This document shows, piece after piece, positions 5,849 to 17,400 of a stretch of 54,231 nucleotides of DNA. Position 1 is the first letter of the stretch. Each line of letters opens with the position of its first letter. The position numbers and the translations under genes were made by a program. Below the pieces are notes generated by a model that saw nothing but the letters and a program-made list of their open reading frames with translations, did no database searches and was not told where the DNA came from. The DNA lies in the IMG/VR virus record IMGVR_UViG_3300010389_000019, positions 1 to 54,231 of that record; one strand, 5' to 3'. The stretch comes from a virus (lineage: Duplodnaviria > Caudoviricetes).

Positions 5849-7765
5849 CTAACAGTTCCAACGTCTGAGAGCCTTGTTGATTCTTGAATCTGGATCTCTA
5901 GCAGTCTCTGCAGATGTCAGTCTTTTCTTCATTCCCTTCATTCTGGAACAAAATGACTTACGTCTTTTAGCATCCTTAGAACCTGCTTTGAGTTCTGAGG
6001 GTTTTTTTGTAACTGCTGTTTTGAGTTTTGAACCTGGATTCTCTCTACGATAAGCATCAACTGCTTTCTGACTTAGACCATCAGTCTTGTCTTTGCGGTT
6101 GACCTTTTGCCAATCCTCATCTACTTCAACCTCCTCTTTCATCTTCTCTCTTTTTGCCTTTGCTTTAGCGAGGAGTCTTGCTTTAGCAGCATCTTGTTCG
6201 GACTTAGGAATTGAGGTAACAGCACCAAGTTTCTCTGCTGGTTTACCAGGTACTGCAGACTCATCAACTTCAGATGGAGATCCTGGTTGGAAATATGATT
6301 CACCTGATTGATAAGGAACCTCATAATAATGTCTTACTCTTGAATCTGGATATGCACCTTGGAGGGCATACTCAACTTCCTTACGAGATGGTTTCTTTAG
6401 ATCTGGGAAGAAGATTCTGAGAGACATTAACTTTGCTCTCCAGGTAAACATTACAAGATATGCATTACCTGTTTGTGCAGGAATTCTTGTTGCCTCTGTC
6501 ATCGACTCGATATCATAAGTATCAAAATCAATAGTTTGTGGAGTAGGTTCTAAAGGTTCAGGTTTTACAAGATCTTCAATAGTTGCAAATACATTGCCAT
6601 ATGCATCGGTCAATTCAATCTCTTCTTGACGAAGTGACTTACGACGTTTTTTCTCAACCTGTTTACGAGTAAGAACTTCTCCCTTACCACGATTAGCATC
6701 AGGATCATAGTTACTAGGAGGAGTATAGTTACTTCCAAAAGACTTAATGTTAGATCTTACACGTTGAGTATGTTGCTTATTGCTCATACGACGTGAATCT
6801 TCATCTATGTTCTCAACTTCCTCTTTCTTGACACAATTGTTATATGTTTTACCAAACATCTTTTTAGTGCCTTTCTTTTCATAACCTTTCCAGCACTTTT
6901 GTCCTGCCTCGTTTACTTCAATAGCACCTGCTGCTTCTAAGGCAGCGATCTGTGCCTCTGTAAACCCTTGGAACTCTTCTTTCTTGTCCGAGTTGCCCCA
7001 ATTTGCTGCACCCTTCTTACGGCACTTTACAAGGGCACCTGAGGCATATGCAGATGGCCATACAGAGTAACGAGACTTGACCTTATGATAGCAAGCATCT
7101 TTTTTGCCACTACCCTTACCAGGTTTATCCTTTGCCTCAGTAATTTCAACCTCCTCTTTCTTCATTTTCTTTTTGGGATCAGTAGAAACGTAAGTGGGTT
7201 TTGCTGCACCAGTCTTTTGTTGTTGTCCAGGGTCTGCTGCTTTCTTTCTTCTTTGTGCAGAGAGTCTTTCTGCTTTAGTCATACTTGCTCTTTTTGCAGA
7301 TGAAACACACTTAGGTGTTCCTTCTCCAGGTTCGTCACTCGCACAAGTTCCACCTGTTACAACATTGACCCAACCTGATTTTCCATCTTTTGATTTGGAC
7401 TTACCAAACCAATCACGGAGTCCTTCCTCAGCATGATATGACATTGCTGCATCCATATTGTGATCAGTGTCAGTGATCTTTCCTTGGATCCAAGCAGGAA
7501 TATCTTTTTCCTTTTTGCCAAGTTTTTTCTTTAATTCTTTAGCATTTTTTACAACCTTAGAGAGTTGTGATTGTGCCATTGCAACTTCGTGATCTTTTTC
7601 CTCTCCTATACCACCTGCATCCCCGCCACCATCTGCCACTTCGGCAGCATCTTTTATCTCCTTATCAGAAGCATCATCCACAGTATATTTGTCCCACATC
7701 TTGGGACCAAAACCACATTCTGATCTTGACTCTTTCTTTTTGCAGAGACGACAGTATTTTTTCAT
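5849..7765 (-). CDS. Modular Lys/Arg-rich protein (638 aa); candidate internal head polyprotein
   Basis: Short basic Cys/Trp-containing modules separated by acidic EEVE-type linkers; C-terminal RRKSFCSRM...RINKALRRWNC module; late promoter upstream. Confidence 0.8.
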   Translation of the reverse strand: MKKYCRLCKKKESRSECGFGPKMWDKYTVDDASDKEIKDAAEVADGGGDAGGIGEEKDHEVAMAQSQLSKVVKNAKELKKKLGKKEKDIPAWIQGKITDTDHNMDAAMSYHAEEGLRDWFGKSKSKDGKSGWVNVVTGGTCASDEPGEGTPKCVSSAKRASMTKAERLSAQRRKKAADPGQQQKTGAAKPTYVSTDPKKKMKKEEVEITEAKDKPGKGSGKKDACYHKVKSRYSVWPSAYASGALVKCRKKGAANWGNSDKKEEFQGFTEAQIAALEAAGAIEVNEAGQKCWKGYEKKGTKKMFGKTYNNCVKKEEVENIDEDSRRMSNKQHTQRVRSNIKSFGSNYTPPSNYDPDANRGKGEVLTRKQVEKKRRKSLRQEEIELTDAYGNVFATIEDLVKPEPLEPTPQTIDFDTYDIESMTEATRIPAQTGNAYLVMFTWRAKLMSLRIFFPDLKKPSRKEVEYALQGAYPDSRVRHYYEVPYQSGESYFQPGSPSEVDESAVPGKPAEKLGAVTSIPKSEQDAAKARLLAKAKAKREKMKEEVEVDEDWQKVNRKDKTDGLSQKAVDAYRRENPGSKLKTAVTKKPSELKAGSKDAKRRKSFCSRMKGMKKRLTSAETARDPDSRINKALRRWNC

Positions 7766-7789
7766 TGCAACAGACTATTACCCTGTTTT

Positions 7790-7796
7790 TATTTAG
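7790..7796 (-). promoter_or_regulatory. T4-like late promoter (CTAAATA)
   Basis: TAAATA core 25 nt upstream of the ATG at 7765. Confidence 0.6.
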
Positions 7797-8353
7797 CAAT
7801 CATTGAATACTGAACCAACTTCGGATCCAAGAGACTCTCCTGCTTTTTGTCCTAAGAGGAGTGCCCATCCAGATGCCAACCATCCAATATATGGAATATT
7901 TGCAACTGCTGGGACTACAAGACCAGCACTAATTGCGGTCCCTGCCATCGCACCTTGTGACCGTGCGCCAGCGTCCGCCACTAAACACTCGATGTCCTTT
8001 GCAGACTTTCCCTCGCCGTCAACGGCACCCCCTATGTTCCTGACACCATCCATTGTAAACTCATCTCTACGCCACTCTCTTCTTTGCTCAGTTCTTCCAC
8101 CAAAGAATCCATTCTTATTTGTATCTAACTGAAGGTTTCTTTCTGAGTTGAGAATGGCAGGATCGTTTGCCTTATATTTTATTTTATAACCATCTCTTGT
8201 CGCTTCCACTTCATATGATGAATAATCACCATTTGGGAAGTTAATGGCAGGCCATTGCGGTTTAGTGGAGTGCATCAGGTGTCCTAAAACACCAATGTGA
8301 GCAATTCCAATAACTGCTCCAAGACTTAATACAACCCACTTGAATGGTTTCAT
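7793..8353 (-). CDS. Hypothetical membrane-associated protein (186 aa)
   Basis: N-terminal TM/signal segment; C-terminal glycine-zipper-like hydrophobic hairpin flanked by two Cys. Confidence 0.8.
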   Translation of the reverse strand: MKPFKWVVLSLGAVIGIAHIGVLGHLMHSTKPQWPAINFPNGDYSSYEVEATRDGYKIKYKANDPAILNSERNLQLDTNKNGFFGGRTEQRREWRRDEFTMDGVRNIGGAVDGEGKSAKDIECLVADAGARSQGAMAGTAISAGLVVPAVANIPYIGWLASGWALLLGQKAGESLGSEVGSVFNDC

Positions 8354-8376
8354 ACCATTGACCTAATCAGCAATCC

Positions 8377-8384
8377 TATTTATC
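8377..8384 (-). promoter_or_regulatory. T4-like late promoter (GATAAATA)
   Basis: NATAAATA 24 nt upstream of the ATG at 8353. Confidence 0.65.
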
Positions 8385-11358
8385 AAAGACCAGCATTATC
8401 GAGTCTTGCTCTCAGTGCTGCATTCTCTGCCTTCAGTTCTTTTATTGCACCAACCAACAGTGCAGTCAAACTACCTTCAGCAAGACCTAAGAAATCTTCC
8501 TGAGGTGCGATTTCATCACCATTATCATCAACAACTGCCTCTCTCCTATTTTCTTTCACAATAGATCCAAGATAGTCTTTGCCACTAAGAGCAGCTTGAA
8601 CTTCTTGAGCAATAAAACCAACTTGCTTCCCTGTTGGGAAGTTATGTTTTGGTCTGAGAACTTTCTCAGGATCATTGCTATCAACAATGTCTTGCTGTTC
8701 TTTCCAATCAAAACTTACAGGATTTAGAGAATCGACAACATTCAAACAATCAGTAAGAGTCGATACATTTTCTTTAAAGTTTCCATCAGATGTTGCAATA
8801 GTTGATGAGGTAGCAAAAATCTGAGAGTTGACTTGGAGTTTGTATGCACCATTATCAGATGTGTATCCAATAAGTAACTCCTTGCCACCATTTAATTGCA
8901 TTCCCTCACTACCATTTACATGCCAGTAGTGTTTTAGTCCAAGGTAATCAATGTCATAATAAACAATACTTGGTGTCCATTGCAGCGCTTGTATTTGAAA
9001 ATGATTCGTATCTGATCTGAGGCGCATTCCAACACCATTATCAGACGGAAAAGTTTCCGACGTTGGGCGCAAGAAAAATGCACCATTAACATCTAGTTTT
9101 GTATCAGGACTCGTATTGTTGATCCCTACTCTGCCACTAGACAACAACGTCATAATGTTTGGATAATTAGTTGAGGTGTTCCTCGCCTTAAACTCAAACT
9201 TACCAGCGTTATCACCTGTTCTTACATATTGAAGTTGTGCTGTAGATGTAGCACCATTAGCAACAGAAAACTGAATACCAACATAGTTGTTAGCACCAGT
9301 TCCATCACTACCGTCTAAATTTTGAAGTTTTAATAAAGCATTAGTTAGATTTGAAGTGTTGGTTTCATTGGTACTATAGGAACTGCTACTAGTAGTTGTG
9401 ATGTGTAATTTGTTGTCAGGATCTGTCTCATTAATTCCAACCTCACCATCACGATTTATACGCATTCGCTCGCTTGGCGTATCAAACGTACCGCTTGGTG
9501 TTGTCTTAATAACAACTGCGCCTGGCGTCGAACTGCCCGAATGAGATCCGTCATTTTCTGCAGAAATTGAGGCAGATTTACCAAATGAGGAATAAAACTC
9601 AAAAACGCCAACAGTATTATTATCGGTTCCATCGTTCCGCTTCAAGAGGATTGCACCTCCGCCATCGTCTCTCAGATGAATACTTCCACCTTCGTAACTA
9701 CTGTTAATCGAATTAGTCGTCCCCACCAACAACCGTCCATTGCTGTCGATACGGAGTGCTTCACTATTATTTGTTCCTAAGGTTAATGTATTTGATTCTG
9801 GAGAAAAAATAGAAGCACCAGTTCCAACTGCCATTCCCCCAGAAAGGCCACTTATTTGATTTGTTGACCCATCAAGAGTAATAGATCCCTCACCAACAGT
9901 AAGAATACCTGTAATTCTTGCTCCACCATAAACAAACAAACTTGTCCCAGCAGCACCTGCTTGACCAACAGTTAAGTAAGAATCTCCATTTTGAGTATCT
10001 GTACCAATTGCAACTGGGTTGTTGTATGTTGATCTATGGAGAGTATTGCCAGTTAGTTGCCAATAGTTTCCACCGCTCGTGTCATAAGCATATGCCTGAA
10101 GAATGTCTCCCGCACCAGCACCAACTGCTAGTGTAATTGTAGTTCCATCAGTCTCAGTAAATTCTGTTGGTTCTAACTTAATACCGTTAACAAATACGTC
10201 AAGAGAATCACTTCCAACGTCATAACTTGGAACTGTAAATACAGTCTGTCCCGAAGTTGCAGTCACTAGACCAACGGTTCTAGCAACACTAAGTTCTGCT
10301 GCACCATTGCCATTATATGCAATAATATCAACCTTATCTCCAGCGTTTGTTGCAGTTGTGAGACCAACACTAGTACCATTTGTTGCGGTGTAGTTATCAC
10401 CACTGATCAGACGAACACCATTTAGGTAAACATCAAGATAACCAGGTTGATAAGTTTTTGTAAATGTTGTTTGTCCTTCCGAGGCAGTGAAATTAGATTC
10501 ATTTTTTTGCCATAATGCACCTTGACCATTAAAGTCAACAAATACAGTGCTAAATCCCAAGGATGGATCGGTAACTGTAGATACACCAGACCCACGGAAG
10601 TCAAGAGTTGTTACTCCCGTTCCGATATATCCACCAGCAGTTTGAATGCCAAGACCAGTGAATACAGAAGCAAAACTTAAATTACCCTCACCATCTGTTT
10701 GCAATACTTGGTCAGCACTTCCATCTGTGGTTGGAAAAGTGTATCCATCTCCGTCTGGATTTACCCTAATAGATCCACCAGCACCAATCGTAACTACTGC
10801 GAAACTGTTGTATGCCAGTGCCAAAGGTGTAGCATTTACGGATCCAAATGCTGAACGAGTATCCTGACCCTCAATAAAACAAGCTGCACCGTCTGTTCTA
10901 TCTAACACTAATAGTGCGTTTGCACCAGTGTTTTCTATTTCTACTTGGTATGCTGGATTATCAGTTCCAATACCAATTCTGTTAGTTGTAGAATTAACGA
11001 AAAGTGTGTTTGTATCAACTGCAAGATTTCCTGCTATATCTACATTATCTTGGAATGTAGAAACACCAGTTACATTTAAAGTGCCTGTTGTAATTGTATC
11101 TGAAATAACATTCGCAGTATTTGCAAGACCAGTGATTGTGACTTGTCCTGTTGACTGGTCAACAGAAATATTTGAACCAGCAACAATGCTGGTGACAATA
11201 CCAGACAGTTTAGTTCCAGTTCCTAAAAACTCGTTTGCCTCAACAGTGCCACTAAACTTTGCGTCAGTGCCTGTCAGAACTCCAACTGTGGTAACACCAG
11301 CATTAACAATATTTCTACTATCATCGATAATAGTAGAACCTGAAATCTTGATTGCCAT
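8383..11358 (-). CDS. Tail fibre protein with C-terminal peptidase S74 intramolecular chaperone (991 aa)
   Basis: Repeated [RV]GI[GN]T..P...L fibre motifs; TSDGNFKENV (Ser-Lys dyad pattern), GFIAQEV, and a terminal coiled coil LLVGAIKELKAEN. Confidence 0.88.
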   Translation of the reverse strand: MAIKISGSTIIDDSRNIVNAGVTTVGVLTGTDAKFSGTVEANEFLGTGTKLSGIVTSIVAGSNISVDQSTGQVTITGLANTANVISDTITTGTLNVTGVSTFQDNVDIAGNLAVDTNTLFVNSTTNRIGIGTDNPAYQVEIENTGANALLVLDRTDGAACFIEGQDTRSAFGSVNATPLALAYNSFAVVTIGAGGSIRVNPDGDGYTFPTTDGSADQVLQTDGEGNLSFASVFTGLGIQTAGGYIGTGVTTLDFRGSGVSTVTDPSLGFSTVFVDFNGQGALWQKNESNFTASEGQTTFTKTYQPGYLDVYLNGVRLISGDNYTATNGTSVGLTTATNAGDKVDIIAYNGNGAAELSVARTVGLVTATSGQTVFTVPSYDVGSDSLDVFVNGIKLEPTEFTETDGTTITLAVGAGAGDILQAYAYDTSGGNYWQLTGNTLHRSTYNNPVAIGTDTQNGDSYLTVGQAGAAGTSLFVYGGARITGILTVGEGSITLDGSTNQISGLSGGMAVGTGASIFSPESNTLTLGTNNSEALRIDSNGRLLVGTTNSINSSYEGGSIHLRDDGGGAILLKRNDGTDNNTVGVFEFYSSFGKSASISAENDGSHSGSSTPGAVVIKTTPSGTFDTPSERMRINRDGEVGINETDPDNKLHITTTSSSSYSTNETNTSNLTNALLKLQNLDGSDGTGANNYVGIQFSVANGATSTAQLQYVRTGDNAGKFEFKARNTSTNYPNIMTLLSSGRVGINNTSPDTKLDVNGAFFLRPTSETFPSDNGVGMRLRSDTNHFQIQALQWTPSIVYYDIDYLGLKHYWHVNGSEGMQLNGGKELLIGYTSDNGAYKLQVNSQIFATSSTIATSDGNFKENVSTLTDCLNVVDSLNPVSFDWKEQQDIVDSNDPEKVLRPKHNFPTGKQVGFIAQEVQAALSGKDYLGSIVKENRREAVVDDNGDEIAPQEDFLGLAEGSLTALLVGAIKELKAENAALRARLDNAGL

Positions 11359-11395
11359 CTACCGTCCTCGTAAATTACTGGGTAGTTTTTTTTAT

Positions 11396-11402
11396 TATTT
11401 AG
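11396..11402 (-). promoter_or_regulatory. T4-like late promoter (CTAAATA)
   Basis: TAAATA core 38 nt upstream of the ATG at 11358. Confidence 0.6.
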
Positions 11403-11406
11403 AGAC

Positions 11407-14400
11407 TCACTCTAATTTGGAAAGTCTCTCGTTTAGGTCATTGATTTGAGTCTGCTGTTCTTTAACAACTTCAATCAAGAGACCAATCAGACCGTTGTAG
11501 TTAACTGTCTTAGGATCTCCGTCTGTGACCAACTCAGGCATTACTCTTTGGATTGTGTCCGCGATAACACCCATTGATGGTTTATTATCTTTCTTCCAGT
11601 TGAAGGAGACACCATCAATTTGAATGACCTTGGAAATTGGGTCTTCAATGTTTTGGATATTAGTCTTGAGTCTAATATCAGATGTTGAATTAAAATCTGT
11701 TGCAGTAACAACTCCAGTCAAGACCGCATCAGTTGCACTCAAGATACCAATGCTTGTCTGCCCAGTGACGGTTAGAGCACCACCAACGGATGCATCATTT
11801 GTGATTGTAAGTGAGTCGCCAATTGTGACATCATCAGGTAAACCAATCTGTGGTGTAGATCTTTCGCCAGTTCCGCTAGTTACCTCAATCTCATTGGCGG
11901 TTCCAGAGATGCTTTCAACATAATCACCAAAGGTATCGGTGCCAAGTCCAACACTATCTGGTTGGATAGTCGCGGCAATCGAGATGTTACTAGTTCCATC
12001 AAAAGGTGTAGCAGTTGCAACCACATCACCTGTGAGTTCGATAGTTCTAGCAGTTTCTAGAGCAGTTGCGGTGTCTGCATTTCCAGTAAGTGGTCCAACA
12101 AATCCAGTTGCTGTTATAACACCAGTTAGAACGGCGTCTGTTGCACTAAAAATACCAACATTTGTTTGTCCAGTGACCGTAATTGCTCCACCAACACTAG
12201 CGTCATTGGTAATTGTTAAGGAGTCACTGATAGTAACATCAGCAGGTAATCCAATTTGAGGAGTTGATCTTTCTCCAGTTCCACTTGTGACTTCAATCTC
12301 ATTGGCGGTTCCAGAGATGCTTTCAACATAATCACCAAAGGTATCCGTTCCAAGACCTACTGAGTCTGGTTGTATTGTTGCCGCAATAGAGATGTTTTGA
12401 CTACCGTCAAAGAATGTAGGAGTAGCGACGACATCTCCAGTTAATGCAATTGTTCTAGGTGTTGCTAACGTGGTAGCGGTATCTGCATTACCCGTAACAT
12501 CACCAGTCAAGTTTCCGACAAATCCAGTTGCTGTAACAACACCTGTTAAAACTGCATCACGAGCACTTAAAACACCTACATTTGTTTGACCTGTTACAGT
12601 AATAGCGCCGCCAACACTAGCGTCATTGGTAATTGTTAATGAATCGCCAATGGTTACATCATCAGGCAATCCGATTTGTGGAGTGGATCTTTCGCCAGTT
12701 CCTCCAGTAACTTCAATCTCATTAGCAGTGCCACTAATACTTTCAACATAATCACCAAAAGTGTCTGTTCCAAGACCTACAGAATCTGGTTGAATTGTTG
12801 CCGCGATGGAGATGTTAGATGTTCCATCGAAGAATGTTGGAGTTGCAACGACATCTCCAGTCAGAGCAATTGTTCTTGGTGTCTCTAGAGCAGTTGCGGT
12901 GTCTGCATTTCCTGTAAGAGGTCCAACAAAAGATGTTGCTGTTAATGTGCCAGACACAACACCGTCACGAGCACTCAGAACTCCAACAGTGCCAATACCT
13001 GTTACATTAAGACTTCCAGTATTAATGGTGTCTGCAATAACATTTGCGGTGTTTGCAAGACCAGTGATGGTTACGACACCCGTTCCCTGATCAATGGATA
13101 TATTTGATCCAGCGACAATTGTTGTGACAATACCAGTTAACTGAGCACCACCACCAACAAATTGAGATGCTGTTGTGACTCCAGTTACATTTAAATCAAC
13201 GAGAGTGCCAACACTTGTGAGCGATGAATTGACAACAGATGCTCCAAGAGTTGTGTTATTTAAAACAGTATCAGTTCCAGTTTTAAATGCTCCGCCTGAA
13301 GTAACTGCAAGACCAATCGATGACTCAAGAGAATTTGATGAGTTGTTAAATGTAAATGTTTTTTGAATAGATGTAGCACCGATAGAGATGCCAGCACCAT
13401 CAAGTAATCCATTAGTTGCAACTGTGGTTGCAATACCAACAACTTGATCTGCCAATTCAATGGTCTTGGAACTGACTATAAACTCCTCGCCATCAACTCT
13501 CAAATCTCCCTTAATTCTGACAAGACCTGTGTTATCACCAACAGCAGCGGGGTCAATAATAAGTTCTGCAGGACCAGTGATTGTGTTTGTTGTGATACCG
13601 ATTCCATCTGATCCACCAACTGTCAATGCTCCACCAACGTTGGCATCATTAGTTACAGTTAGAGAATCTCCAATAGTAACATCATCAGGTAGTCCAATTT
13701 GTGGGGTAGATCTTTCACCAGTTCCACTCGTGACTTCAATCTCATTTGCAGTTCCGCTAATACTTTCAACATAGTCTCCAAACGTATCAGTTCCAAGTCC
13801 AACACTATCTGGTTGAATTGTTGCTGCGATGGAGATATTTTGAGTGCCGTCGAAGAAAGTTGGTGTGGCAACTACATCGCCTGTAAGAGCAATAGTTCTA
13901 GGTGTGGCAAGAGCAGTTGCAGTGTCCGCATTACCTGTAACGTTACCAGTTAAGTCTCCATCAAATGATGTTGCGGTTACGACTCCTGTCAAAACAGCAT
14001 CTCTTGCACTCAGGACACCTACATTTGTCTGACCAGTTACGGTAATTGCACCACCGACAGATGCATCATTCGTAATAGTCAACGAATCACCAATGGTTAC
14101 ATCATCGGGTAATCCGATTTGTGGTGTAGATCTTTCTCCAGTGCCACTAGTTACTTCAATTTCATTTGCGGTTCCACTGATACTCTCAACATAATCACCA
14201 AAAGTATCTGTACCCAAACCAACGCTATCTGGTTGAATAGTAGCAGCAATAGAAATATTCTGTGTGCCGTCAAAGAAAGTTGGAGTAGCAACTACATCTC
14301 CAGTCAACGCAATAGTTCTTGGTGTTGCTAAAGCAGTTGCTGTATCCGCATTACCAGTCAAATCTCCTGTGACATTACCAACAAATCCTGTTGCGGTTAC

Positions 14401-17400
14401 AACACCCGTAAGAACAGCGTCTCTTGCACTGAGGACTCCAACATTAGTCTGACCAGTTACTGTGATCGCTCCACCAACTGACGCATCATTAGTAATTGTT
14501 AATGAGTCTCCGATAGTTACGTCATCGGGTAATCCAATCTGAGGAGTTGATCTTTCTCCAGTTCCACCTGTTACCTCAATTTCATTGGCGGTGCCACTAA
14601 TACTTTCAATATAGTCTCCAAACGTATCAGTACCAAGACCAACACTATCGGGTTGGATCGTGGCAGCAATAGAGATATTTGATGTACCATCAAAGAAAGT
14701 TGGCGTAGCAACTACATCTCCAGTCAACGCAATAGTTCTAGGTGTCTCTAGTGCAGTTGCTGTGTCAGCGTTACCTGTAAGTGGTCCCACAAAAGATGTG
14801 GCAGTAAGAGTTCCTGATACAACTCCATCACGAGCACTTAGAACTCCAACAGTTGCAATACCAGTGATGTTTATGTTTGTTCCATTAAGTTCATCGTATA
14901 CAATGTCACCAACAACATTAAGATCTCCACCAACATTCAGATCACCAACAAATGTTCCGATACCTGTAACTGTAAGTGCCCCACCAACTGAAGCATCATT
15001 AGTTACGGTCAAAGAATCTCCGATTGTGACATCATCAGGTAGTCCAATCTGTGGTGTTGATCTTTCTCCAGTTCCACCTGTTACCTCAATTTCATTTGCA
15101 GTTCCACTGATGCTTTCGATATAGTCGCCAAAAGTATCCGTTCCAAGTCCAACGCTATCAGGTTGGATTGTGGCAGCAATTGAAATATTCTGACTACCGT
15201 CAAAGAATGTTGGAGTGGCAACAACGTCACCTGTGAGTGCGATCGTTCTTGGTGTTGCTAATGTGGTAGCAGTATCTGCATTACCTGTAACATCCCCCGT
15301 CAGATCTCCAACAAATGTAGTTGCAGTTACAACACCTGTTAAGACTGCATCTCTTGCGCTAAGAACACCCACATTGGTTTGCCCAGTTACTGTAATTGCA
15401 CCACCAACTGACGCATCATTAGTGATCGTTAGTGAATCGCCAATGGTTACATCATCAGGTAAACCAATTTGTGGTGTAGATCTTTCTCCAGTTCCGCCAA
15501 TGACAGTAATTTCATTTGCAGTTCCTGAAATGCTTTCAATGTAATCGCCAAATGTGTCAGTGCCAAGACCTACCGAGTCGGGTTGAATAGTTGCTGCAAT
15601 AGAGATGTTGCTAGTGCCATCAAATGGTGTTGCTGTAGCAACTACATCGCCAGTAAGTGCGATAGTTCTAGGAGTCTCCAGTGCCGTAGCAGTATCCGCA
15701 TTACCAGTCAAAGGACCTACAAATGATGTAGCAGTAAGAGTTCCCGATACAACTCCATCACGGGCACTCAGGACACCTACAGTTGCTACTCCAGTGACAT
15801 TGATATTTCTTCCAGTAAATTCATCAAATACGAGGTCCCCTGCAACATTTAAATTGCCACCAACGTAAAGGTCGTTTGAGAAAGTACCAATTCCTGTAAA
15901 TGTAGACGCTCCACCAACCAATACATCTTTATCGAGGTCTAAAACATTTCCATAAATTACCTTCCATCTATAGGAGTCTGCACCAAGATCTCTATTATTA
16001 TCATCAAATGGTACAAAATCGGATGCAACAGTTCCATTGATTATAATTTGATCTGTGGATTCATTGCCTAGAGTTACATTTGAATCAAACTTTGCATTCT
16101 TAGTAACAGTAGCTCCACCACTAACAACTACGTCATTAGTGACTGTTAACGAATCTCCAATTGTTACATCATCAGGTAATCCAATTTGTGGTGTGGAACC
16201 TTCGCCAGAGGTTGCTGAAACTGTAATCTCATTTGTTGTTCCAGTAATACTCTGAACATAATCGCCAGATGTGTAAGTACCAAGAATAATTGAATCTGCA
16301 GTTACAGTTGCCGCAAAAGCAACGTTATCTGTACCGTCAAAGGATATTGCTGGTGCGGTTACAAAGTCTCCAGTAATAGAGAAGTTTCTTGCTGTCTCTA
16401 AAGACGTTGCTGTACCTGCATTTCCGTCAAGAGAACCATTAAATGTTGGTGCAGTAACGACTCCAACAAATACTGCGCCACCAGCAGCAGTCAATGTTGC
16501 TGCAATACTTGGATGTCCAATTTCTACACCAGATCTTGCAGTAATTAATCCAATAGCATCAATATTTGTTACATCTTCGTATGTTAATGTGCCACCAATA
16601 GTTACGTTGCCACTAAATGTTGCACTTGCTCCCTCAATATTAGTTACATATGCGGTTGTGACTCCAATAGATTCTGCACCAGTAATGATGCCTAAAGTTG
16701 ATACTCCAGTAACAACTAAACTGTCAGCAATAATATGTGCAGTATTTGCCAATCCAGTAATCGTTACATTTCCTGTGGATTGATCTATTGAAATATTTGC
16801 ACCAGCGGTGATTGAAGTAACAAGACCACTCATAAGTGATCCATCACCAACATAATTTGTTGCCGTTAATGTGCCAGACACAACACCGTCACGAGCACTT
16901 AAGACACCTACTGTTGCAACTCCAGTGATGTTTAGATTTCTACCAGTAACCTCATCATAAACAATATCTCCTACGACATTGAGATTTCCACCAACATATA
17001 AATCACTGACAAAAGTTCCAATACCAGTAACAGTTAAGGCACCTCCAACAGACGCATCATTTGTAACTGTTAGAGAATCTCCAATAGTAACATCATCTGG
17101 TAAACCAATTTGTGGTGTAGATCTCTCACCAGTTCCACCTGTGATTTCAATTTCATTAGCGGTTCCAGAAATACTTTCAACATAGTCTCCAAATGTATCA
17201 GTACCAAGACCAACACTATCGGGTTGAATAGTCGCAGCAATGGATATATTGGATGTTCCATCAAAAGGAGTGGGAGTTGCTACAACATCTCCTGTAAGAG
17301 CAATTGTTCTAGGTGTCTCTAGAGCAGTTGCGGTGTCTGAGTTGCCCGTCAGAGGACCTACAAAGGACGTTGCGGTTAACGTACCTGATACGACACCATC

